From contig NC_043014.1 in assembly GCF_006345805.1 (NCBI RefSeq), positions 434,001 through 498,000 of the forward strand: 64,000 nucleotides of DNA, written 5' to 3'. The stretch's first letter is position 1, and each line of letters begins with the position of its first letter. This document shows positions 35,442-47,828 of the stretch, one piece after another. The notes below the pieces were generated by a model that saw nothing but the letters and a program-made list of their open reading frames with translations, was not told the DNA's origin and did not search any database. A program made the translations under genes and the position numbers. This DNA comes from Octopus sinensis (Eukaryota).

Positions 35442-37989
35442 TAATCTAAATTAAAACCTTCCACACTAGTTTAATGACAAATTTATTACATTTTTTTTTA
35501 TCACATTCAAAATTAATCGAAGTCACTGATCTAATGTCCTCTTCTCCTCCTGGTTTGACTTGGACAAGTTTTATTGCAGCCGAATCCCTGACACTTATGT
35601 CAAGTAATAGATTTTTTTTATTCTTCTTAAACAAAGTACAAATGTGTGGAGTGAAAAATTAGGCATCAGAAGTGGGGTGTAGGGGGGAAGATTTTGCTAG
35701 TTATGGGGTGTGAATGGATGAGAACAACTGTATAGAGAAATGCTAGTTGGTGATAGCCGAAGATGTGGGACAAAGTTGTGAAGACAGCTGAAGCTGTGGA
35801 GCCTCTCAGAGATGATGAGGTACTGAGATGCTGTGCTTGGGAAGGCCCCTCTATCTCAGCAGAACGAAGCTTCTGTCAAGCCTTTCCCTACACAACACAT
35901 CTCTCATCTTTCCCTTGTTTACTTCCTCTCCACTGGATTGATCTCTCCAACTCATTCCCTGTCTCCAGTCACCTCTCACAATATCCTCACTCAGCACACT
36001 TACTTACACATCCACATTCCCTCATCCTCTCTCATACTTCTCTCTCTGGGCAAACCATGTATTCACTTCTTCAGCAAGATACTTGGTCCTTGTCCCTCTA
36101 TCCTAGTTTCTGATCTCTCCATTCTATCTCCCCACCCAGCTGAAAGATCTTGTTTTGCAAATATTTGATGACCTCACTGGTGCTGGTCCCAATCCACTTG
36201 GTAAAGGGGCTGGATTAGGAGGGGCATCCAGAAACAGAGGTTGGTGCATCCCTTGGGCTCTTCTGCTTTTGTTGAATTGTCCAACCCATGCCAGCATTAA
36301 ATGATGATGATGATTGTCTCCACACAGAATTGAAACATAAACAGATTCAGCATTGCTCAAAGAGTGTCAGTGTGAAAACATACAAATACTCCCATATACA
36401 TGCTTATAAGTATATTCACATATACATACACACACACATGGTGGCTGCAACACAGTTTCAAGCAATTGATAGTTCTCTTAAACACAAGCAGCATGAATTT
36501 GGCTTTTCATTCTGGCTAGGGACCTGTAAACTTTTGCACAGATGTGACTAAGATGGGCACCTCTTGCAGTAGGTGTTCTGACAGCTTGCCACTCATGTTG
36601 ACACTTACCTTCATTCCATATTGGAATTTTGCAGTTTCAATCTCTGCTTTTTGACTACAGCCAACTGCATGTGCAACGCAATGCCTGTGCCTGAAGCTGT
36701 TAAAATTTCATAAAGGCCTTGCACAGGGACAATCCCACCCTCTAAACAAGGTTTGCATTTGCCCAAAAAGAAGAACTAATCTCCATCATTGGTTGCAAGC
36801 AAAGTTACAGTTTCTACATGACAGATTTCCTTCTTCTAAGAGAGATGTCGAAACAAAGACTGGAGATCTTTCACTGCCAGCTGTTGGATGGCCATTGACC
36901 CTACTGAGTTGATCTGTTTTGACTGGTTTTTGTCAAGCAGGGTGTTCAACAAAGACCACCTTCTTTGTCAAGCAGGCGAAACAGGGTTGTCAGTTGCTGA
37001 TAGTCTGACTTTGTAACAGTTGTGTTGAGTTACACATTACTAAGACATGATGTGAAGGCAATCATCTTCATTGTAAAGACCAATCATGTACAGACAATAC
37101 TCTCTTCAGTCTTGGGCACAGACATACCTTGCAACAGGATTACTGATATATATACACACACACACATACATATGACATTCATAGGCCAACCAAGAAGTCC
37201 TCATGAAATGTGGTTCATATTACACTCGGTAACTAATTGGTAATCGATTTCTATGACAACAATGCAGGACTCGAGAGATTTTAAATCTTGATAATGATAA
37301 AAGTTAATCTCTAAAGTGTTGGTGTCACAGAAACAAGTACTCAGAACATTTTGTAAAATGTTTGATATTAGGAAAGGCATCTGGCCATAGAAATGCTGCT
37401 ACAAATAAGAAATTTGAGCAAGACATCATCCTCCATCTTTCATGAATCCTGCTGAAACATCCGACTTGCGCCAGTATAAATGGACATAAAATGATGATAA
37501 ACAAACATACAAATATATGTTTTTGTGTATGACAAAAAAAAAAAATCCCTGTAAAAACTGCCGTCTGTGAAAATGACTTGTTTTTATTGTCTAATCAACA
37601 GTGCATTTTTAATCTGGGTAGGTCCTCCCTACTCGGCCAGAGAACAGCACATTTGTCTTTGATACACATTAACGATGTTCATTACCCGACTTTAATCATA
37701 TTTTGAATCCTTCTCCCAGTTTCTCTTCTCATCATATTTGAAACACGTTAATCTTATGTTGAAACCTCAACAAAATATCTTTGACTCAGTTTTGGAGATG
37801 AGAACTTGTCCTCCATGTTAGGTGGGAAAGAAAGTCCTGTTACATTTCAAGATGAGGAAAGAAACAAATGCTTCTTTCATCTTAATTGATTTATTTAATC
37901 AAGATAACGATGATTACTAATTTCATCTAGATGGCAAGTTGTTGATCCTTTGGGCAAGAAACAATATAATTTTGACATCTTCCAAATTA

Positions 37990-38600
37990 ACAAACTGTTT
38001 TCCTTCTAAAAAATGTTGCAGTGATGTGAAAAGATGACAGATGGAGCAAGATCAGAGGATGCAGGATGCCTTGCATATTTTTGGCCATTTTCTTTTCTGA
38101 GTGACTTGGGTAATAATGGCATTTTGCATTTCCATGTAAGAACAATACTCTTTTATGAATCACCAACGAAGGCTCCCTATTCTGGAAATTTTTGCTTAAT
38201 GTCTCCTCTCGATGACAATACTTTTCCATATTTACTATTTCGTTTTGGTTTAACACTTCATACCACACCAATTACAGCAGATAACTTTTTTGACTTGAAC
38301 TGTTCTGCTAATTCATGGGCAGCTTGGATTTTCCTCAGCCATGCTTTCCAGATTCTCCTCCATCTGGATGTCCAAGGGCAGTATTGACAGAACTTGATCA
38401 TTCAAATCAAAGGGAATCTACAAGTGAAACATTTTCTGAACAAAACTGGCCAAACCATCGTTGGAATGTCCAGAACACTTAAACATTTTTTGTTTCTCCA
38501 TAGAACGAATGTTTTTTCGATACTTTCATTGACGAAGAGTTCTTTAAATTGAACCAACATGCAGGGTCTGATATGGATCAGATCTAAACTCACTTTGAAA
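37990..38600 (-). mobile_element. Mariner (Mos1-like) transposase remnant
   Basis: VWYEVLNQNEIVNMEKYC...REPSLVIHKRVLFLHGNAKCH...LHP resembles YELL...TIN...YC..L......RP.L.....V.F.HDNARPH. Frameshifted. Confidence 0.75.
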
Positions 38601-39899
38601 GGTCGATATGAATTTAAACACTATGGAATGAAGTAATTTGCAAAGAAAGAAAGAAAAAAAAAGGAATGTAAAAATTAACGCTTATTTCACCGTAAGTACC
38701 TTCGAAGTGATTATTTCAAAAATGCAACTGAACTTTCTTTCCAGACTAGCATATCTACAGTGATAGAATTTATCGTCGAAATTGTTTCTCGTCTTTGAAT
38801 TTAACTATTTTTAATTAATATATTTATAAGTAATACAACGGAGTGGTAATTAACAGAATTAACAAAGGGATGTACAAAATACCTCGAGGTATTTCGTTAC
38901 GTTTGGAGATCAACCTGCCTAAATCAATGTAAATATTGGTTTATCTAATTAATTAAACTCCTCTACTCAAAAAACCTGTCGCACTTTTGCCTCTGATCTT
39001 CGTTAAAATTATTCTGGTAATTTAAACGGATAGTCATGGCTGGATTGAACTACAGTATTGGCGAGTAGGGTGTAGCGATTGTACTGCTTCCACGAAATCT
39101 GTGGAGTGACCAAAGAAAGTGTTTAATAATATTCCGGTTCTTTACGTTCTGAGTTTAAACATCACCAAAGTCAACTTGGCTGTCTCGCAGTTGTGCAGAT
39201 GACGTCGACCGACACCCTTCCCGTCAAACGTGTTGTCTCAACTCGACCCCAAGAAGTGAACCCAGCCAAGGGAGTCGGGCAATATTCAGTTACGTCCCTT
39301 TATTCGCTAAGTTCAAATCCTGCCGAGGTCATCTTTGCCTTTTACCCTCCCGGGGTCGATAACATATATGTATACTGCAGCTGATATGACGAACGATAGC
39401 TCCTTCTCCCCCTCTTTTTTCTCGTAAAAATTAAAAGAAAAAAAGCCTGTAGCCTTGTGTTCGTCTGTAAGAAACCATTATTATTATAATCATCATCATC
39501 AGAGTAGAGATATTCCGTTCACACATCGGAACTTGCTTTGCTTTTGACGTTGTTTTAAATATTCAGACGAAAAACAAACAAGACTTTCGCTCTTTACTAT
39601 AACGGATGACAATAACTGTAGTATTAGCAATGGTAATGGTTGTGAGTGGAAGAACGGGTCGGTGCGATTCCGTCTTCCTGGAAAACCGGGATTTTTTTGA
39701 GCAGGTGGGGGGAGGAATAAATCTATTTAATTAGAGGGAAGTGATTTAAATTTAAAATGTTAATTAAAATTAAAGAAATATATATATAGAATTAATGAAA
39801 TTAGGAAATATATATATATATAACTGTGTTTAAATAATACAGTAACGAGTTTAGAATAACAGCAAAAGCTTTAATTAGAAAATATAATTATTTTGAGGC

Positions 39900-40060
39900 G
39901 GTGGGGTGGGGAGGGGGGTTAGACGAAATCTAACAAAAAGGGAGGGAGGGGGGAAACGCAACTTGAACTGCCAAGAGTTAACTGCCCTTCATTTCAATGA
40001 GCGCCAGGTGTCGTTGTAGTCTCCACAGCAACCAATCAATGGCCCCGCCGCCGCCGCCAC
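39900..40060. promoter_or_regulatory. Candidate promoter segment (G-tracts, CCAAT box, GC box)
   Basis: AACCAATCA, CCCCGCC and (GCC)n in a CpG-rich island within AT-rich DNA. Target gene and strand unproven. Confidence 0.35.
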
Positions 40061-40429
40061 TCTCTCCCTCTGCATCTTTTCCTCTCCTTTCTTCCCCATC
40101 TTCTCCACCACGAGTCTTCTTCTTCTCTCTCGTTTCCCTTCCAACCTTTCTCTAATCTTTCGTCTCCAGTACGCTTCTTCTCAGTCTTTTGAATTTCCTC
40201 TTTCTTTCTTCCTCTCCCAATCGTGCCTTAATCTCTTATCTAACACCCTTTTCTCTCTCTGCCTGCTCCCTGCTGCTACTATAAGGGAGAAAGAGAGAGA
40301 GAACAAGAACAGTTAGAGAGAAAGAGAGGGTGAAATGGAAACGAAAGTGGCCCAGAGAGAGAAAGAGAATGTGATCTATTAGAAGAGAGAAAGAGAGAGA
40401 AAGAATGGAACACTAAGAGGGAGGGAAGA

Positions 40430-40668
40430 GAATGACGCACTGGAAGGCACAGTGAGAGAGAGAGGAAGGAGGAAATAGATCAAGACATAGTGAGGCGGAG
40501 AGTGAAAGAAGGGGAGAAAGAGAAAGAGGAAGGTAGATAAAGAGAGAGAGAAGCGAATGACGCACTGGAAGGCACAGTAAGAGAGAGGAAGGAGGAAATA
40601 GATCAAGACACAGTGAGGCGGAGAGTGAAAGAAGGGGAGAAAGAGAAAGAGGAAGGTAGATAAAGAGC
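40430..40668 (+). repeat. Recent ~125-bp tandem duplication, purine-rich
   Basis: GAATGACGCACTGGAAGGCACAGT...GGTAGATAAAGAG starts at 40430 and 40555. Copies differ by 2 substitutions and (GA) count. Confidence 0.9.
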
Positions 40669-43600
40669 GAGGGAGAGGAAGCTAGATAAAGAGAGAGGGA
40701 GAACGTGTACAGTTGTCCCGGTCGGACGCCAGTAGAGGTCGCTGGAATATTATTGCTGGCAGTTGTGGCTTGGCGGCCGGTTGGTCGGTAGGTGGAGCTT
40801 CCTTCTTATTCCTAAACACCACAACACATCCATCTCTCTTCTCTCTATCTCTCTCTCTCTCTCTATATATATATATACACACATTATACGCACTCAGATG
40901 TATTTAACAGATCACCCATTATACGTAAGAATTCGACACACTGATACATTCACTCAGCACATCATATAGATTCACATACATTAATCACATCACCCTCTCT
41001 CTATATCTCTCTCTCTGTATCTTTCTCTTTCTCCCTCTCTCTCTCTCTCTGTATCTTTCTCTTTCTCCCTATATCTCTCTCTGTATCTTTCTCCCTCTCT
41101 CTATATCTCTTTCTCCCTCTCTCTATATCTCTTTCTCTCTCTCTCTCTATATATATATATCTGTCTCTCCCTCTGGATATCTACACACACACACACACAC
41201 ACACTTGTGTGTTAACAGAGACACAGACATTTTGCTTCACTACTCATGGTTACTATTTTTCTATTTTCAAATTCGCAAAGAAAAGGCAAAACAACCAACC
41301 AATAACTCTAGGCTGACTCATTCTTCTACATCTCAGTGTGTCAAATGGTCTATAGCTCAAGCAATACATATATATATGTGTGTATGATATATATGTGTGT
41401 GTATGGTATATATATATATGTGTGTGTGTGTATGATGTATATATATGTGTGTGTATGATGTATATATATATTCTATAGAGCATTATATATACATTTGTGT
41501 GCCAAACTGTCTCCTGTCTTTTTCACAAGCACTGACTCTCCTCCCACTCCCGTCTCTCCTCCCCTCCCCCCTCTCTATATATCTCCTTTTCCTTCCTCCT
41601 CCTCCTCCCTTTTACCTTCCTCTCTATCCCTCCCCCCACCCCCCACTGTTTGTAAACACATTTCTCATTTCTTGTTTATTTTCCATTTCTCCCCCCCTCT
41701 TTTCCTTCTTAATTTCGCTTTTTAACAGCTGTGCATCCCACTGGTACCGTGTATATAATATATATATACACACGCGTCCGTGTATATATAATATAATGTA
41801 TACATTTATTTATAGACCCCTGCGCGCACGCACGCACTTGTGACTGCTTCTCTATTTACACCACGAAACCCATTTCTCGACTCAAATTTTATAAAAAGAT
41901 CCCAACTGTAAAACACAAAAATACTTTTCAAACATCGTTTTCAGCTTTAATTATAACTAATCTATTAATTAATATCTATATTTATGGCTAATTGGTGTCT
42001 TGTAGGGAAGATTAGTGAAGCTGGAGAGAGAAACCAGTTGCTTCGCCATGAACCAAGTTCCTTCCTTCCTGTTTTCTTAATCTAAATCTCTGATGTTTTA
42101 AACCCTTTCAGTTCCTTACAAAGACGACGAATGAAGTTTTAAAACTCTTCAATTCCTATTTTCTCTAATCACCAGGGGTCAATGAGGGGGCTTGTTACTG
42201 TTAGAAATAGCTGCCAAATCCCCTTCAAATCGCGTCATGAAGAAGGCATTTATGATGTATTCTTGGATAAACTGTGAATTCCTTTCAAGATGGTCATTAA
42301 TGACTTGTTGATCGTGACTGCTTCTCAGATTAATTAAATTTACCTCTAAACTGGACCCTTTTTAGATAAACCTATCTGTATTTATAAATGATGATGCTTG
42401 ATAACTGTTGGTGTTTGTTCGTTGATGTTCCCCGGACAGCTTTTCTGGTCCTCATTATCACTAAAAGTAATAAAAGTAACATTTTGCTCTGACAATGGAC
42501 GGAGATGTTTTCTTGCAACTGGCGATGAAGAATCGTTGTTGCTTGATTCTTTGAAAACCAGTCAAATGTACCCAACACCCTGTCCTTTACCTAATTGACT
42601 CTTGGTGTTTGGGCAAAGTTGACTTGGAGCAAACAACTGTGGCCAGAAAGTTGATCGATAATGATTTCTGCCTAATCAATAACTATAGAACTCGAGTTGT
42701 TTACTTATACACCACAGACACTGTAAACACAATATAAATGTGTGTGTGTGTATATAAATATATATACACGCACCACACAGCACATGCACGTGTATATAGT
42801 GCACCACACACATTCTGGTATTGGTTTAAGTTTTTCCTACTGGGACACCATATCGTCTTCACTACTTATTTTATCGATATCTAATTGTTGAACCGTAACA
42901 TACAATCTCAAGGAAATGGTAGTCTGTTTACATAAACACTCTTTTCCGACCTTGATTGCCTTAAAATATTTTTTTTCCTCACTATTTTAATAAAGATTGT
43001 CCTGACCAACGTGGATTAGTTTAATGACAGTCCAGACCTTCACCCGTTATTAATATTGACCCCACCATCACCACCGTCTTGCTGAGGTTGATAAAATAAG
43101 GTCTCAGTTATATTCTGGTTGCTTTGATCAACTATATTTTCACCCTCCCCTAATATGTAGCCTTGGGGCTAAAAAGAAAGAAAAAAAAACGTTGCAATAA
43201 AATAAAAATTAAAAGAAATTATCCCCATTACTTGCGAATTGTTAGAGTAACTTCAGTTTTTTAGGTTCTGGGTTCAAATCCAGCTGAGAACGACGTTACT
43301 CTTCGTCATTTTAGGGTCGATGAACCGCCCCCCCCCCTGAAATTGCTGGCCCTGGTGCCAAGATTCGAAACCGGGGAAATACAGAATCAATGGATGGAAT
43401 GGTCGCATTTTTCTCCTCTATTTCAAGCTGTCGGGCATGTTCTGGGTCCTATGTATGTAATGTGTGTGTGTATATTTATATATAAAGAGTAAATGGTTGA
43501 TATTTTCCCCTCTGATATAAAATACATTAAAGCGGAAAGAAACTACAGGGTGTTGTTACAATGGAATAAAATATTTAAAGTCGAGTTTGTAAAAGAGTTG

Positions 43601-44226
43601 CAACTTTGAGTTTTGGCCAATCTTCAGGTGACTCAGCATTGAAGAAAAGAAACTCCGAGTAACCAGCGAACCAGCCACACGAGCTCTGACTTATATCAAC
43701 ATGTATGTATATATGAAGCGGAAGGAATCGGTGAGATATTGTTGCAACTCTTAATTCGAGCGACGTAGTTTGGTAAAGAACAGTTGTAGAGAGCGAAACC
43801 ATAGAATGGCCTGTTTCATCTCATCACCACATTGATTCATGATGGAGTGTGTGTGTGTCTGTGCTTTCTATTTTCTTTCGGATATAACTGTATCCTCTTT
43901 AATTGTTGTGTGTTAATATAAAAGACGAATAGCGCGGGTATATTTTAATGTCTGTGTGTTGGACGACGACGGAGGATCTATAAATGTTTATATACCAATA
44001 TATTTGCTTGGGAACACATTAGTGTGTGTGTGTGTGTATAATGTCTCGTGTTGGTGAAAGAATGAGTGTTATAGTAATGTGTGTAGGTATCGTTAATGTC
44101 TGATAGAATGTATGTATATATATATATATATTAATGTGTGAAGTGTGTGTCTATACTATGTAGCTGTATGCGTGTGTGTGTGTGTGTGTGTGCGCGTGCA
44201 TTCTCCCGTTTCCTCCCCCCCCTTAC

Positions 44227-44330
44227 CATGGCCGACGCCGAGATGTCGGCCGCCCGTCTCTCTCTCCTCTCGGCGGCTGCTGCTCTCCTTCTCTTCCTTT
44301 ACACACTTTGTAGTCACTGCTGTGTGTGTG
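44227..44330 (-). other. Candidate first exon of an antisense/divergent gene ending in its start codon
   Basis: Minus strand ...GGCGTCGGCCATG|GTAAGGGGGGGG: GC-rich leader, Kozak GCCATG, strong donor, downstream G-run. No downstream exon identified. Confidence 0.4.
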
Positions 44331-46270
44331 TGTGCTTGTGTGTAAAGCCTTCTTTCAAGTATATGTTTATAAACTCCTACACGCCAAAGTAGACATATAC
44401 ATATATATAAATGTCTCTCTCTCTCTATATATATATATACATATATAAAATAGATATATACACACGTCTATATAGCATTTGTATCTCAGTGAACTGGTAC
44501 TCGCACTCTGTGTACGAATGTATAAACATCTACACACAGCGGGTGGCACTCATTAACACAATCACACGTCAAACTACAATATATACTCGTGTGTGTACAC
44601 ACATGTATACATATATACACTCGCAGCATCAAATATCGCTTAATATGAACACATTTGTATCATACAATTATACCCTTTGTTAAATATTTTAAAATCTGTA
44701 TTCGAGCGCATTCTTTTTTTTAATATTTTTTACTGTGTAATATATATATACACACACACACATATATATATGTATATATATATATATATATGTGTATATA
44801 TATATATATATATAAGAGATGCACTAATTCAGAGCAAGGTGCATGTGTAACATCTCGCCATTCGACCATTTCTACTGATTTTTTTCTAAAAATATTTCCA
44901 ACCAAGACCAACTTGCACTCAATGTCACACTCACTTGCCGCCTGCCTCACTCGCACTCATATTGCACCCACTCGTACTTGTCTCCTACACTCACTAAAGC
45001 GCGTGCGCACATGCTCACACATTCCACGTGTGTGAAATGGTTGATTAGGGGTCTGCTGCTCTTTCTCTCTCTCTCTGTCTTTCTCTATTGTTTAGCCCTC
45101 GGTCGGCCCTTATCTCGAGGAGACCTATTAAATTCATTTCTTTCAATCACTCTGACCTTCCTGAGGTTATGTAGAGCTGCATTATCTAATATATCCTTTC
45201 CTTTTTGTTTAAGACAGTTGTGATTTGCCGAAGATTTTAGCTGCTATTTCTAGTGCCATACAGCCACAGTGAGGTTCCCTCTGTGCTGTAGTTTTTGCCG
45301 TCTTTTTCAAATTTTTTAATAGTTTCTTAAATCATTACTGACTTAGAACAATAGATGACGGATGTATTATTTTGTTGGAGGGTGAGAAATTCCGTCTAGG
45401 AGTGGCGACAATAACCTACCTCCATGGCACACACACACACAACCTCCTCCTACTCTCTCTTTCCTCTTCATTTTCTCTCTTGCATTTCCTTCCCATTCTC
45501 TCCTTACCTTATTATTCTTTCTTTCTTTCACACTGACACATCACCGCAATCTTCCATCACACACTCTCTCTCTCTCTCATTTGATTAAAAGTCGCTGTGA
45601 ACTATCACAGGAACTTCCTAGGCGCAGCCACCCCCTCTTCGTGAACTCATACCAATACAACACATTCTCTGCTCTCTCTAATCAGGCAGACAAGCGTTGA
45701 AGAGAACTACAAACGATTTTTAACTTTTTATTCTTTTTGTAAACGGATGTTAATGTAGCTCCAGGAACATCTTCTGTGTGTGATAAGGAAGACGAGATGG
45801 ACTTGGTTCGTGTATGGTTATCCAGGTTCACCACTGGGTCTATAACTAACTCCAGTCTCTCTCTGTCGGCTCAACACAAACCTGGCCTCTACCAAAGGAT
45901 TGGTCGGTCTTAATTTGCATAATAGGGCAAGTGTTGCTAACGTGAATTAGCAGAAGTAGCACTAATGGGCGTGTGTCTGTTTTTAGCTTAAAACTAACAT
46001 TTTTAGCTCCGCTGTGAAAAGAATAAAATAAACCAGTGAAGGTAGCCAGGTCAGTCTCCCCCCACAAAGAAATGTACGTGGTTTAACCACAATAACTTGT
46101 TTTCACAGCGAGACTAAAACTGTTTACTAAAAACATTCATAGATCTTACCTTACATCCTTATTAACGCACACACACACACACACACACACTATGTAAACA
46201 GTTCTACACATATGTTCTCTCTCTCTGTAAACATTCAGCCACCTCCTCCTCCATCTCTATGTAAACAGTC

Positions 46271-46306
<36 letters not shown>

Positions 46307-47271
46307 AGCAATCAAGTGCACACTCGCGCGCGCCATTGCATCTCTGCTGCCCGTATTTTTGTTTCCTGGTGACTAATTATCTCCGTCCCTCCTCTTAATT
46401 GGTTACACTGGGTTAATTTTATTTGCACTGTATGAGGAAGACTTAGCAGCTAGAACAGGTGCAAAGATGTCCAAAATTAACAGACCTTCTCAAACCAGTA
46501 CCATAAAGAATATAAAGTTCAGGAATCTAAGAAGATATTTAAAAACAGATATTTGTAGACTTCAGAGGTTTCATGGTTGTTTGAGTTCGTAATTGTAAAG
46601 TTTTATGGAAGGTTATTTATTTAGAGGATCAGCTTGTTTCAATTCTAGCGTTGAACACGAACTTATTTCCAAAATAGTATAAATGATTTAAATATGGAAG
46701 GACAGGTGTTAATTTGTTGACGTAGGAAAGTTTACAGCTCAGAGCTGTTGATATGTGTAGGTCAACCGAAGACACAAAAAACGATTGAAGTGATGTAAAT
46801 TAGAACCTTCCAGCTAAATTTTGTCTTAATTTACACTTCAAATACTAGCTTAATAAGTTATTTTACTAAATTCTTCATTATTTTCAAAGTTTATTGGATC
46901 AAAAGCCAAATATTTCAACAGAAATATTGTATCAAAATGGTGAATGAGAATGTGAGGGTGGGTACAGACATTTAGATTGAGCCCAGTTAACTGGTTTCTA
47001 TTTTGTTGACTCTGGAAGGATGAAAAAGTGAACCTTCTTACCTCAGTATGGTTTGGACCCAACATGTTTAGGGCATTTATTCTTCAGCTCCCTATCAATT
47101 TCTGACATCATCTCTAGATCTACTGTAACTGTGTAGAGTTTTGGAATATGTTTGTTTGTAGAGAGGTTTTCTTTCTCTCTTAAAATTGATTCCTTGAATG
47201 AAAACCAGGAATTAGTGATGAATATTTGAAATAACTGTTGTTTTACTTTGATTTCAGGCTGTCTCACATAA

Positions 47272-47733
<462 letters not shown>

Positions 47734-47754
47734 TAGTACTGTCCCCCTTGTTCT

Positions 47755-47756
<2 letters not shown>

Positions 47757-47826
<70 letters not shown>
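47757..47826. repeat. (TC)n(TA)n microsatellite near the Smad exon donor
   Basis: Direct inspection. Confidence 0.9.
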
Positions 47827-47828
<2 letters not shown>

